64,000 nucleotides of DNA from Candidatus Latescibacterota bacterium (GCA_965261395.1 OZ253462.1:4832001-4896000); one strand, 5' to 3'. Positions 20,178 through 30,288 are shown, numbered from the stretch's first letter. The notes: generated by a model not told the origin, from the sequence alone. Numbers and translations are program-made.

Positions 20178-21914
20178 CTATTCGCCCTTGGTCGGGGCTT
20201 CCCCTGCGTGGCGCTGCAGGAACGCATCGGGTAGGGCCGCCGCCAACGCGCTATCAGATACGGCGATCCGCTCTTTGTACTTGTCCAGCAGGTCATCTAT
20301 CAAGTCCTCGAAAAGTTGCTCTCGCTTCTGTCCACGCACCAAGGCCCGCGCCTTTTTCTCGACTTGAAAAAAGGGAGACAATTCTCCCCCCTGGCGGTTG
20401 AGAACTTTGAAAATGCTGTATCCGCCGGCAACAGGCTCCGGGCCGGTAATTTTGTCGAGGTCGGCCGCCTTTACTGCTTTGAAGAGCCGCGGCAGGGTCA
20501 AACGCTCGTACTCGCCCAAATGCAACAAGCCATCTTCTTTTTTTATACCAGGGCGGATGGTGTGCTTTTGGGCGAGCATTCCGAGGGTCGCACCTTGTGC
20601 GATGGCTCGCAGCAAACCAGCGGCTTCCACCTCGGTCTCGACCAGCACTTCAACGACAATGTACTGAGCCGGTTCCCTGAACAACTCCTCATTGTCATCG
20701 TAAAAATCCCTGGCTTCCTCCTCGCTCGCCTCGGATTGGTCAATGACCTCTTCCTGGCGTAGTTGTTTGATCATGAATTCCGTGCGTATTTCCGCCAACC
20801 GCTGTTGTCCATCCGCCATCTCCTCCAACCCAGCCCGCTGCGCCGCCTCTGCCAACAAAGCCGGCATCAAAACCAGTTCCCGCGCTGTATCAACCACCTC
20901 GGCACTGTCCCGTACCCCCCAGCCGGACAGGGCCCGCATATCCTTCCACAGGGCATTGAGGTAATCTCCCAGAGCGATCTGCCCCCCATCATAGGTAAAG
21001 AGGGACTGGCCCACCTCCTCGTCGGTCAGATGAGCGAGTCGCACCCGGGTGTGGAGTGCCGCTTTATCCAATAGAATATCTAATCCCTCTGGCACTAGCT
21101 GCACGTCTAGCTTGCGGGCGAGGGTCGCGATCTCCGCTCTCTCCTGCTCTAGTCGCTTGCGTTCGTAGAGTATATCGCGAATCTGCTGTCGTTTCTCTGC
21201 TAGCGGAACGGGCTGGTGCTGGAGAAAACGCACGATTTGGTAGCGCGTGCCCATGGGTAGGATCGGGGATAGCTGTCCACTCGGCAGACTGCGAAACACC
21301 TCGTCTGGAATCTGCAACCTGCGGGCCTGCTCCAGATCGATAAATCCCAGTATGCCTCCCTGGGAAGCCGACCGTTCGTCTATGGTATATTCGGCGGCCA
21401 GTTGGGCAAAATCCTCGCCCGCTTCGAGTTGCTCATAGATTTGCTTTGCAGTGCTGTCCTCTTCCACCAGAATGCCCGCCATCTGACGCTTGCGGTCTAG
21501 GCCACTGTGGGCGAAATAAGCGCGTACCTCCTCCTCAGAAACCGGCACATTGGGGGCCAGTGCGAGTTGGCGATAGGTGTCGACCAAGTGCTGGCGCCAG
21601 TAGTGCATCACCTTAGTCTGTACCACCTGGGCGGTATCCAATCCTCGCTCTTTGGCCTCCAGTATGAGCAAGTACTTGGCCAGCATGCTGCGCAGGTAGC
21701 GCTTCCGCGCTGGGTCGCCCTGTCCCTGAAGGCGCAAGGACTGGGGCATCTGGACGACGAAATCGCGCATCTCGACAGCCGAGATGGAAATGGAATCAAT
21801 GCGCGCCACCACACCGGGTTCAAGGACGACCTCCACACCCGGAGAACACGCCGTGAGACTCCACATGAGTGCCAGCTCGCATCCTCGCCAAGTCCATGGT
21901 TTTCTGTGTCCCAT
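20178..21914 (-). CDS. PpiC/parvulin-type peptidyl-prolyl isomerase lipoprotein (SurA/PrsA-like, two modules)
   Basis: LTA-C lipobox; GEDFAQLAAEYT.D..SA.QGG.LG and a second LAQKHT...DG.L module. Confidence 0.8.
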   Translation of the reverse strand: MGHRKPWTWRGCELALMWSLTACSPGVEVVLEPGVVARIDSISISAVEMRDFVVQMPQSLRLQGQGDPARKRYLRSMLAKYLLILEAKERGLDTAQVVQTKVMHYWRQHLVDTYRQLALAPNVPVSEEEVRAYFAHSGLDRKRQMAGILVEEDSTAKQIYEQLEAGEDFAQLAAEYTIDERSASQGGILGFIDLEQARRLQIPDEVFRSLPSGQLSPILPMGTRYQIVRFLQHQPVPLAEKRQQIRDILYERKRLEQERAEIATLARKLDVQLVPEGLDILLDKAALHTRVRLAHLTDEEVGQSLFTYDGGQIALGDYLNALWKDMRALSGWGVRDSAEVVDTARELVLMPALLAEAAQRAGLEEMADGQQRLAEIRTEFMIKQLRQEEVIDQSEASEEEARDFYDDNEELFREPAQYIVVEVLVETEVEAAGLLRAIAQGATLGMLAQKHTIRPGIKKEDGLLHLGEYERLTLPRLFKAVKAADLDKITGPEPVAGGYSIFKVLNRQGGELSPFFQVEKKARALVRGQKREQLFEDLIDDLLDKYKERIAVSDSALAAALPDAFLQRHAGEAPTKGE

Positions 21915-21922
21915 GTCTTCTA

Positions 21923-23800
21923 TCAGTACACTAGAGCGATAGGCCCTAGTCGCTCCTCCTGACCACTGCCCGCTTCTACCACGACGCGGTAAATGTATAG
22001 TCCTGGGGCTACCAATTCGCCTTGGTCATCCCGACCGTCCCAAGTAGCTTGATAAAGCGCGCTACCCCCCTCCTCGCCGCCCAAGGTGCGCACTCGGTTT
22101 CCCGCCAGCGTGTAGATTTCCGTCGCAAGGGGCACGACATCGGTCAGACGCAGTAACGTATAGGAGAACTGCACTTGGTCGTTGACGCCATCTCCATTGG
22201 GTGAGAACGGGTTGGGAACCACCTGCACGGCACTGAGCAGACTGCCCTTGAGCGGCGTGCGGACGTTCAAGGCATCGCTCAACAACTCGCTCATAGCATC
22301 TCCGGGAATCACGCTCTGGGATACTTCGTCGCGGTCCGCATCCGACACTGCGCCGCTGAAAGTCGTTCCATAGTTGAAGACTCGGGCGTCGAAATCGACT
22401 TCTAGCAGCGTCTGATCTTGGTCGATGCGATCAAATTGGACGGCGAACTGGTGGGGATCTGCCGGATCGAAACTCGGGGTAAAATCGACCTCTTCGCGGT
22501 CGATACGCACCTCGTGGATGGCCTCCAGACGAGCGGGCGTACGCACCTCGAGAACATTGAAACCCGATTGCTCTGCCTCTAGTCGAGTCCGCACCGCATA
22601 AGTGAACCGAACCGGGTCGGGTGACTCGACAAAAGGAGGGGAAATCTCGCCAATCGCCTCGGAGACTACAGGTGGTTGGGAAAATTCAAAAAACAGCGAG
22701 TCGATCTGTCCCCCCTCCAATCTGGCAGAAAAAAAAGCGATGTGTAACTGCACATACTGCCGGGGACTGGGAGAGCGGATCTGGCTGCCGGCGAGTCCGT
22801 CCGCATATTCATAGGTGTGCCATACGCTCCAATTTTCCAGATCCTGGGTAATGCGCCCCCGCACGTTCTGGGGCATGGCCCCATACGCTTGGCGGCTCAT
22901 GGGCCGACCATTGGCTCCGAATGGCACTTGCTCTCCGCCCACCCCGGTCTTGCGCCAGTAGACCTCGGGCTGGTCATCGCTACCGCTGCGGCTCTGGATG
23001 ACTATTTTCGCTCCTGTATCAAGTTGGCCGCTCCACCAAATGCGTCCCAAACTGGATGCTCGTCCCAGATCAATCGGATCGGACAGAAATGAGGCTTGGG
23101 GAACGAACCCCTGACCGTACACCTCGAACTCGGCCACTTCCCAGGTCTCCCCCACTTCCAAGGGATGGAGATAGACGTGGCGTGCTATCTGGGGTTCGAT
23201 ATCCAGTTCTACTATTGGGATCAAGTTGTCCTTCTCTTCGTGAACCAAGGTCCAGATAAGATTTCCTTTTTCGTTTTTGCTCTCTTCCCTGCCGTCGTTG
23301 ATAGAAAGCCTAAACTGGCGGATCTTGTGCCCTGGATGATCGGCGCGGGTTGCAAAGCGGATCCCTTCGATGGGGAATGGTGCCCCCAGATCGAAGAACA
23401 TCGGCGTAGTATAGAAGAACCCAGGGCCGCTGAAGAAGTTGATGCGCGGCGGATGCACAAAGGCCGTATTCGAATCGCCATCTACTACCAACACGCGGTC
23501 TTCTAGCCAATTGGCCGGTAGGGTGTAAATGCTCACCAAGCTGGTAATGTCGCCATTTCGCTCGCCCATCGAGGCAATCAGGTTCTCGCCACTTGCGGCG
23601 CTGAATGGGCGGATGGCACCCGGCACTTTTGCCACATCGATGAAACTCAGGGTGCCGCTTTCACTCCAAGGGTTTCCAACGTGGCCCCCCAATTGGTAAA
23701 ATTGGCGCGCCTCGGCCCGATAGCCCACTCCCATCCCCAACACTGTCAGGACTAGAATCAGTACCTGTCTCACCCAGTGCCTCCTTTGCTTGGTCGCCAA
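21923..23800 (-). CDS. Secreted discoidin-like plus FlgD/CHU_C-type protein (paralog B)
   Basis: Signal peptide ending AEA; VDGDSNTAF..FDLG; SPSPRQY; PNPFSPNGDGVND...WDGRDDQG.LV.PGLY. Confidence 0.75.
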   Translation of the reverse strand: MATKQRRHWVRQVLILVLTVLGMGVGYRAEARQFYQLGGHVGNPWSESGTLSFIDVAKVPGAIRPFSAASGENLIASMGERNGDITSLVSIYTLPANWLEDRVLVVDGDSNTAFVHPPRINFFSGPGFFYTTPMFFDLGAPFPIEGIRFATRADHPGHKIRQFRLSINDGREESKNEKGNLIWTLVHEEKDNLIPIVELDIEPQIARHVYLHPLEVGETWEVAEFEVYGQGFVPQASFLSDPIDLGRASSLGRIWWSGQLDTGAKIVIQSRSGSDDQPEVYWRKTGVGGEQVPFGANGRPMSRQAYGAMPQNVRGRITQDLENWSVWHTYEYADGLAGSQIRSPSPRQYVQLHIAFFSARLEGGQIDSLFFEFSQPPVVSEAIGEISPPFVESPDPVRFTYAVRTRLEAEQSGFNVLEVRTPARLEAIHEVRIDREEVDFTPSFDPADPHQFAVQFDRIDQDQTLLEVDFDARVFNYGTTFSGAVSDADRDEVSQSVIPGDAMSELLSDALNVRTPLKGSLLSAVQVVPNPFSPNGDGVNDQVQFSYTLLRLTDVVPLATEIYTLAGNRVRTLGGEEGGSALYQATWDGRDDQGELVAPGLYIYRVVVEAGSGQEERLGPIALVY

Positions 23801-23810
23801 CTAAGAGAAC

Positions 23811-23842
23811 GGCGGGATTTACAGTCGCCCGTAAATCCCGCC
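23811..23842 (-). terminator. Perfect 12-bp intercistronic stem-loop (terminator or mRNA stabiliser)
   Basis: GGCGGGATTTAC-8 nt-GTAAATCCCGCC just 3' of gene 23891..24763; weak U-tract. Confidence 0.6.
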
Positions 23843-23890
23843 TGAAACTATCCTGCAACGTCTATGGTACAGGCAGTCGAGTCGGCCTTA

Positions 23891-24763
23891 TTAGAAGGTG
23901 GACTTGATCTGGCCCCAAGTGCTGGCCTCGACTGCGGTAGCTCCGGCATCGGGTAGCCCCTCTTCGATGGGTGCCAACAGATAGTCGCCGAACTGGTCGG
24001 CATCCCTAGAAGCACCTACGCCACCGAAACCAGACCAATAGGCATCGTCGTAGGAGCCGGGATCGGCATCCTTGTCGCCCCAGTTGACCTCTATACCGAC
24101 AACTGTGCCTTCGACCCAATTGTGTTGAACACTCTGGTCGGCACCGTCGGGATGGATGTCGTCAAAGGGCACAATGGAGTATTCGCCGAACATTTCGGCT
24201 GGCTCTTGGGTATTGACGTCGCCACGGAGAAACTTGCCGGCCCACTCCACGTAAGGGGCTTGGCCCGCCCAAGCTTTGGAGCCATCGATAATCCGGGTAT
24301 AATAACCAGAAGAGCTGAAAATTGGGCCGGCCAGATCGTAGCGTTGGGCTTGGGCACTGGCCCAGCGGGTTTCGAAATCATCCCCCTGGTCGAAGTTGCG
24401 AAAGATGCCGCCGGAGTGGTCCCAATCTGTAGTCGTGGACCACTTCTCGGTGTCGTTGATGAAGTCGTCGGCAATCCAAGCTGCAAAATAGGCCTTGCCG
24501 TTGTTGATGTTGTAGGCCCAAATGAGCGAGGCATTGAAATCGCTCAAATCCATGGGTGCGCCGAACTGGTTGAACATGGTTTCGGCTTTGAGCTTGTACA
24601 CATCGCTGACAATGTCCCAGTCCGACATATCGCCGTCCAGCACTGGCGCCAGGTGATCTGGGAACTGGAACATGAACCTCATCTCCCCTTGGTGGCCAAA
24701 AGCCGAGCCGACCATGAGGGCCGAGACCAGTAAAGCAATTGATATCTTATTGATTCTCTTCAT
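23891..24763 (-). CDS. Secreted CBM9/DOMON-like protein with C-terminal 'AVEASTWGQIK' motif
   Basis: Signal peptide ending AFG; PVLDGDMSDW and the W......YFA..I.DD pattern of CBM9-like domains; strong RBS AAAGAGG. Confidence 0.65.
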   Translation of the reverse strand: MKRINKISIALLVSALMVGSAFGHQGEMRFMFQFPDHLAPVLDGDMSDWDIVSDVYKLKAETMFNQFGAPMDLSDFNASLIWAYNINNGKAYFAAWIADDFINDTEKWSTTTDWDHSGGIFRNFDQGDDFETRWASAQAQRYDLAGPIFSSSGYYTRIIDGSKAWAGQAPYVEWAGKFLRGDVNTQEPAEMFGEYSIVPFDDIHPDGADQSVQHNWVEGTVVGIEVNWGDKDADPGSYDDAYWSGFGGVGASRDADQFGDYLLAPIEEGLPDAGATAVEASTWGQIKSTF

Positions 24764-24929
24764 TGCAATACCTCTTTTTCAGTTAGTGAGTGAGTTCATT
24801 GTGCCTCTTGCTACCCCAATAGGGGCTGAAACGACGACTGTTTCTCTCTCCTCCTTTCGGCTGCCAACAGATCGCCATGTTATATCGCTGCAATCTCAAC
24901 CTGATTCAACTTTGCGAAGATCAAACCCA

Positions 24930-27614
24930 CTAGCGTTCCAGCCCTGCATAGGCCGTCATGAATATCTTGCTAGTCGTGCTAGGGGGCAGATTTTCAAACG
25001 TCAGCTTCTGCAGGCGAAATCCCGTCTGCAGATGGAGCCTGTAGCCCAAGTAATCCGAAGAGTTATTAAATTGCACCGCGACGATGCGACTGAAGGAATC
25101 CGGCTCCAAGTCGCGATTGACCGGCACCCCCTCCTCGTCGTCGCGAAACTGCTCAAAATGGGACAGTTCTAGTCCCAACTCGATGAGCGTATGGGAGAGC
25201 ATGGGAATGCGGGCAATAAGAAAAAGCGTCTCGGTCAACTCGCGGCGCTCCGGGTCGCGCTTGCGCACGGGGCGCTCGCGCAAAAATTCGCTCTTGAAGC
25301 GCGGTTCAAGTTCGATGTTTCTCACTGGGAAAGTGTAATCGACTTTGTTGATGAGACCGGCAAAGCTAGCCGTGCCACGCAGGTCGCGCTGATCCCGGCG
25401 CTGATTGTAGATTTCAGTCTTGAATTTGTTGATTACATTCAGGTTCCCTACGAGCGTGAAATCGAACTGTACATAGGAAGTGTTGACCCAGGTGTCGCGA
25501 GCCGGGAGCAAATCAAAAACGCGCTGTTGAGTACCGCGGGAATTAGACGGCTGCACCCACTGGAAGAGGTTGTCGGGAATGTCGTCCTCGACCAGTTTGA
25601 AATTGTCGAACACCCGCAAACGGCCCAACTGGGCAAAATCCCTTTCGTAGGTGAAGAGCAGGTACGTGGATTCGTTTTTGCGATCCCCCGCCAGCAGTTT
25701 TTCGCGCAAACGCCCGACGGTTAGCCGGGCCTCGGGCCCGATCTGGGTTCCCGCGTAGATATTGTAGCCGCGGTGGTCGCGCCCATAGGGATAATCGGGT
25801 TCTTCGTCGTTTTCAAAGCGGTCGATCCAGCCGTTGTTGTTCATGTCAACGCCAAAGAGGTATTCGGGTCTATCGGCGTGATAGCGCAGGAAGGGCTCTT
25901 CGTAATCGGGAATGAAGTTCTGGCGATCCTCCGTATCGTTCTGGTTGAAATCCGAGACGAAATCGTTGTTCTCGTCAAAACCCGGAAAGACCGCATTGTC
26001 CGACAGCATACTATAGCGGTTCCAGTCCGGCCGGCGGTCTTGGTCATCGTTGTCCTCGACGAACTCGTAGATATAGGATATTTCGTCTTCGTAATCGATT
26101 TCGTCCTGTCCCCGAGTACCCGCTAGGAAGGTGCGGGTAGAATAGTCCGCGTCCATGCTATAGCCTTCGAGGAAGACGAACCAAGGATAGGACGCCTTGG
26201 ACAGGTTGAACATCCACGCCTGGGCGTCGTTAACCGCCTTGCGATGATCCTTTAGATTGAGGTTGGGATACTGGCGGTACTGATTGTTGAAATCGTACTC
26301 CCCGTAAAAGTCAAAACCCCAGACCTTGTTGGACTCTAAAGTAACGCCAAGGATGGTATTGGCCGTGGGCAGACCGTAGTCGAATTGCAACAGTCGCTGG
26401 TTGGAGTTGTCGCGGATATTGTTCTGGGCCCGTTCGATCAGCAAGAAGACGGGCTGTGAGTCCCGGTTGGTCTGCCGGTCGGACGTGATTTCCACCTTGT
26501 AGTCGTTGGAGATCACCAATTCAAAGGATACTCTTTCAATAGTCGTAGGATCAGGTCCTATGTACAAAGGGTCAGTAAAGTCGTAGGTGAGGGTAATGCG
26601 CTCGTCCCCGTCCGCAGCTAAAAACCCCACCCGTTGGAACCCCCCTTCGCGTATAGGCTCGAATCCTATGGCACTGCCTCGGAAAATGTTGCCGTCCACA
26701 TCCTCGATGATGATTTCATCGTCGAACAGGGCCGCCCCACCCACTCCGTCTGCGGGCGAGTCGTCCGACAGCCGGATAATGATGCGGGATATGGGTAGCG
26801 CATTCTGGTCGGTGGTCAGAGCCCCGCCCGCAAAAGGGTTGCCGGTGAAATCGTCGAATAGCGTCTGACCTTGGAAGGCGGTCACATAGGTCGCCCCGAC
26901 CTGGACGAAGTCGCCGACCCGAACGATGCCCCGTCCGCCCAGTAAGTTGGTGACGCTGGTCTTCTGATCGGGGATATCCAGAGAAGTGGCCACGGCCGGC
27001 CGACTGGGGCGGGCCAGTAGGAGAGTACCCTGGTACTTGTCGGCAGCAAAATCCCACTGAATGCCGTTGAACGTGGGTTTAGAAAAAGTCATCGGTGTCA
27101 AAGTAGTGCGGATCTCATCGCCAATCGTGATGCTGTAGTGGTATTGTCCCTTGTGGTCCGAGGAGACGGCTACTCGGGTGAACCATTGGTTGAACCTGTT
27201 GGTCTTGAGAATGCTGCTGCCGAATTGCTGGGGGCGATCTTGCTGCCAATCGTAGATCAACCAGCCTCGGGTGACTAGATTGCCGAAGAAATCGTAGAAG
27301 TAATCGCCCTCCAACGCGGTGTCCACATAGCGCTGATAGGGATCGCGGGCGTAGTTGGAGTACTCCCACTGTCTCCACTGGTACTCCTTATACAATTCTT
27401 GGGGGACGTACCATTTGCGCACTGCCGGATCCAGCGCATCGAATAATACCCCCGGTCCTTGCGGGGAAAAATCCACCTTCCCACCCTGCTTCACTCTACC
27501 CATGCGCGAGCCGTACGCTTGGGCACCAACCGGAGTCGGCGCACTCCAGCCTAGCGCGCAGAGAACAGCACCTACCACAATCAGATAGCGCTTGTTCAAA
27601 ATCCCCCTCCTCAC
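24930..27614 (-). CDS. Large exported protein, probable outer-membrane beta-barrel with Asp-rich Ca-binding loops
   Basis: Signal peptide; alternating aromatic strands (FDFYGEYDFN, YLLFTYERDF, YRLHLQTGFRL, IFMTAYAGL); DNDDQDRRPD, DENNDFVSD and DMNNNGWID motifs. Confidence 0.55.
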   Translation of the reverse strand: MRRGILNKRYLIVVGAVLCALGWSAPTPVGAQAYGSRMGRVKQGGKVDFSPQGPGVLFDALDPAVRKWYVPQELYKEYQWRQWEYSNYARDPYQRYVDTALEGDYFYDFFGNLVTRGWLIYDWQQDRPQQFGSSILKTNRFNQWFTRVAVSSDHKGQYHYSITIGDEIRTTLTPMTFSKPTFNGIQWDFAADKYQGTLLLARPSRPAVATSLDIPDQKTSVTNLLGGRGIVRVGDFVQVGATYVTAFQGQTLFDDFTGNPFAGGALTTDQNALPISRIIIRLSDDSPADGVGGAALFDDEIIIEDVDGNIFRGSAIGFEPIREGGFQRVGFLAADGDERITLTYDFTDPLYIGPDPTTIERVSFELVISNDYKVEITSDRQTNRDSQPVFLLIERAQNNIRDNSNQRLLQFDYGLPTANTILGVTLESNKVWGFDFYGEYDFNNQYRQYPNLNLKDHRKAVNDAQAWMFNLSKASYPWFVFLEGYSMDADYSTRTFLAGTRGQDEIDYEDEISYIYEFVEDNDDQDRRPDWNRYSMLSDNAVFPGFDENNDFVSDFNQNDTEDRQNFIPDYEEPFLRYHADRPEYLFGVDMNNNGWIDRFENDEEPDYPYGRDHRGYNIYAGTQIGPEARLTVGRLREKLLAGDRKNESTYLLFTYERDFAQLGRLRVFDNFKLVEDDIPDNLFQWVQPSNSRGTQQRVFDLLPARDTWVNTSYVQFDFTLVGNLNVINKFKTEIYNQRRDQRDLRGTASFAGLINKVDYTFPVRNIELEPRFKSEFLRERPVRKRDPERRELTETLFLIARIPMLSHTLIELGLELSHFEQFRDDEEGVPVNRDLEPDSFSRIVAVQFNNSSDYLGYRLHLQTGFRLQKLTFENLPPSTTSKIFMTAYAGLER

Positions 27615-27626
27615 TTGGCGTAGCCC

Positions 27627-29645
27627 CTAGTATACCACGGACACACTGCTGGACCGCCGCTCGGTCTCCCGGTCGGAGCGAATTTCCACTACCGCCAAGT
27701 AGATGCCCGGCGGTACTAGGCGATCGTCGTCGCCACGACCGTCCCACTGTAGCTGGATGCGGCCGTTTTGGACCTCGGCAGCGTTGAGCCGCCGCACGCG
27801 GCCACCAGTCAAGTCATAGATATTTACCTCGCTCGGTGATGGTTCGAGCAGGTGCAGAACCGCATAGCTTATTTCCGCCACGTCATTGGCCCCATCTCCA
27901 TTGGGGGTGAAGATCCGCGGCTGGATTGCCAGCGGACCAGCCACCTGCGAGCCCACGGGAATTCGCACCAGCAACTCGTCGGTATCCTGTTCGGCCGAAG
28001 CATCTCCGCTCTCGGTCTGCAGCGGCACTTGTACGCTGGCATCGGCAAGGGCTCGCCCTTGGAAACGCGTGCCGTAGCGGAACACGGCTGCATCAAAGAC
28101 AATCTTCAAAAGAGTGCCATCGACGTTGATCAGAGGTAAGCTTAGGGCAAAGTGGTCGTCCTCCACCGCCTCAATGGAGAACGATCCGACGCGCAGGGGC
28201 AAAGACACATCAGCCAGCTCGCCGCTGAACTCGGCTCCATCTAGGCGATTGCCCGCCCTATCTTGGATCTCCACCGAATGGATGGCCGCGATGCGAGCCG
28301 GGGTTTCGATTTCAAAGCGCGTGAATCCCGGCCGGCCCGTAGTATTGGTGATGCGGGCGAAGTACGTAAAAGTCGTCTGTTTGCCGACCTCGGTCCGCGG
28401 TGGTCCCACCTCGGCGACGATGCGGTCAACCGGGGGCCGTGCAAACTGGAAGCCCAAGTCGGCGACAGCGCGGCTAGCATCCAGGCTCAGATTGGTGAAG
28501 TCGAGGCGGAACTGGAAGTAGCGCCGTGGTGCCGGCACCGTCAGAGGGGTGCCATTGTCGACCACTTGCCACTGGACCCAGCCGTTGTCGGTATCGGATT
28601 TGATAGGCCCCTGCTGGTTCTTCGCCAGTTTTTCGAAGGTTTCTTCTGTCAGCGCATTGCCTTCGCTATCGGTGGGCACATATTCGGGTTGCCGACCACC
28701 TACATTGGCATTGCGGAAAAAGACATCTGGCGTCGTATCCCGCCCGCTGCGTACGCGGATTTCTATCTTGGAATCTGCGCTATTGCCCGCGACCTCTTCG
28801 CTCCAAGCGATTCGCCCCCAGACTACCTCCTCGCCCAGATCTAGCACATTGGACACATAGCTGGCCGTCGGTACGAACCCCCTGCCGTACACCTCTACCT
28901 CGTCAATTTCAAATCCTAGGGTAGAAATCGACTTGAGTTGCAGAAAGCGGACAAATTGGGGGTTGATCTGTACGTCCACTCTGGCCTCGCGGTTGTCTGG
29001 ATCGCGCCGCACCGGCGAAGTGAAAATGGGCTGACCACTGGCAAAGAGGTTTTGCAGCAAACCGTCGTTGAGGAACAACTCATATCCCCGCATGAATTCG
29101 TTCCCAAAGGGAAACGACGCCGTCATCCTCGGATAGAACGCGATTCGGTCCACTCCGAAGCGCGCACCAAGGTCAATGCGAATGGTGACGCCGTTGTTGC
29201 GCACGATGCGGCCGGCCACGAACTTGCGATCAAAAGCCACTCGGTGGTCGCCATTGAGCATGCCCGCCAATTGCTCTGGATTTTTCTGGCTGGCATCCAG
29301 CCCCGGAATATCTATAGTGCCTCCCCGCTCGAGAACACCGAGCGAAATGTTGAAATCAGAGCGCAAGCGCAGCGGCATGATCCAGTTTTGCAGGGAATCC
29401 ACGCCATCGGCGAACACTTTTTCGCCGTTGGCGTCCTCGATAGTTCCCAATTGCTCGACAAAATCGATCACGCCCCCAGGTGTTGTGCCAGAATTGTCCC
29501 AAGGACGTTCGTCGCCGCCGACCGTAAAAACATCCTGCGCGCTGGTTGGACACACGGACAGCAGCAGAAGGAGAATTAGCAAAGGAAGGACTATCTGCAA
29601 CGACTGCAGTAGCTTGAAAAGGGAACCGATGAGACGATGTGTCAT
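27627..29645 (-). CDS. Secreted discoidin-like plus FlgD/CHU_C-type protein (paralog C)
   Basis: Signal peptide; RIDLGARFGVDRI; PAPRRYFQ; FTPNGDGAND...YDLTG..VR...WDGRGDD..LV.PGIY. Confidence 0.75.
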   Translation of the reverse strand: MTHRLIGSLFKLLQSLQIVLPLLILLLLLSVCPTSAQDVFTVGGDERPWDNSGTTPGGVIDFVEQLGTIEDANGEKVFADGVDSLQNWIMPLRLRSDFNISLGVLERGGTIDIPGLDASQKNPEQLAGMLNGDHRVAFDRKFVAGRIVRNNGVTIRIDLGARFGVDRIAFYPRMTASFPFGNEFMRGYELFLNDGLLQNLFASGQPIFTSPVRRDPDNREARVDVQINPQFVRFLQLKSISTLGFEIDEVEVYGRGFVPTASYVSNVLDLGEEVVWGRIAWSEEVAGNSADSKIEIRVRSGRDTTPDVFFRNANVGGRQPEYVPTDSEGNALTEETFEKLAKNQQGPIKSDTDNGWVQWQVVDNGTPLTVPAPRRYFQFRLDFTNLSLDASRAVADLGFQFARPPVDRIVAEVGPPRTEVGKQTTFTYFARITNTTGRPGFTRFEIETPARIAAIHSVEIQDRAGNRLDGAEFSGELADVSLPLRVGSFSIEAVEDDHFALSLPLINVDGTLLKIVFDAAVFRYGTRFQGRALADASVQVPLQTESGDASAEQDTDELLVRIPVGSQVAGPLAIQPRIFTPNGDGANDVAEISYAVLHLLEPSPSEVNIYDLTGGRVRRLNAAEVQNGRIQLQWDGRGDDDRLVPPGIYLAVVEIRSDRETERRSSSVSVVY

Positions 29646-29741
29646 AGCGAGGATCGGCTCTTTAATAGACAGCCGAGATTCCAGCCTTGCTCATCTCTGA
29701 ATAGTGTACCGGAGGCTGCCTCTGAAGCGTGATATTCGTTA

Positions 29742-29887
29742 GAAGCCGTCTGAAAACCCCCTGTCGGGCTGTTTTTCGGGTGGTCAAGCGATCTAGGCGT
29801 CGAGCGTTTTTCATAGGGCGAGACGCCCTCGATCCCAGCGGCTTGGAGTCAAAGCAGAGATCGAAACCCTAGTTTTCAGACGGCTTC
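29742..29887. mobile_element. MITE, probably IS5-family derived
   Basis: Perfect terminal inverted repeats GAAGCCGTCTGAAAAC / GTTTTCAGACGGCTTC, flanked on both sides by TTA; no ORF. Confidence 0.8.
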
Positions 29888-29984
29888 TTAGTAAGTCGTG
29901 ATAAACTATATATTTATATGAGATGAATCAAGAAGAGCCTAAGGGCCGTTAGCTGTCCGTCCTGCCGCGACGCTCCTTCTATAG

Positions 29985-30284
29985 TCAAACGTCGAGCGGC
30001 ACCAACCAGACCAAGGTAGCCCCCCAGCCACCACCACCTTCGCCAGCCAAGCGGAACGTTTCCACTTCGGGCAAGCGGCCCAAAATGGCGTGGACCGAGC
30101 GCCGCAACTGGCCCGTGCCCTTGCCGTGGATGACGCGCACTTGCAAAATGCCCGCTTGGCGACAGGCATCCAAATAGTCGGGCAACAGCTCTTTGAGGTC
30201 GCGCGGATGGAAGGTGTGCAGGTCCAGCGTGCCGTCGATGGGCACTTCCACCGCTTCAGGCTCTTCCCATTGTTCTTCGGTCAT
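29985..30284 (-). CDS. Smr domain protein
   Basis: GTLDLHTF, VRVIHGKGTGQLR, GGWGAT. Start MTEEQW at 30284. Confidence 0.88.
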   Translation of the reverse strand: MTEEQWEEPEAVEVPIDGTLDLHTFHPRDLKELLPDYLDACRQAGILQVRVIHGKGTGQLRRSVHAILGRLPEVETFRLAGEGGGGWGATLVWLVPLDV

Positions 30285-30288
30285 CGTC

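Noticed and set aside
17444-29645. Calling the operon a bona fide T9SS or SusCD-type PUL
   Set aside because: No recognisable PorK/L/M/N, SprA, SusC or SusD, and no glycoside hydrolase; only the CTD resemblance is supported.
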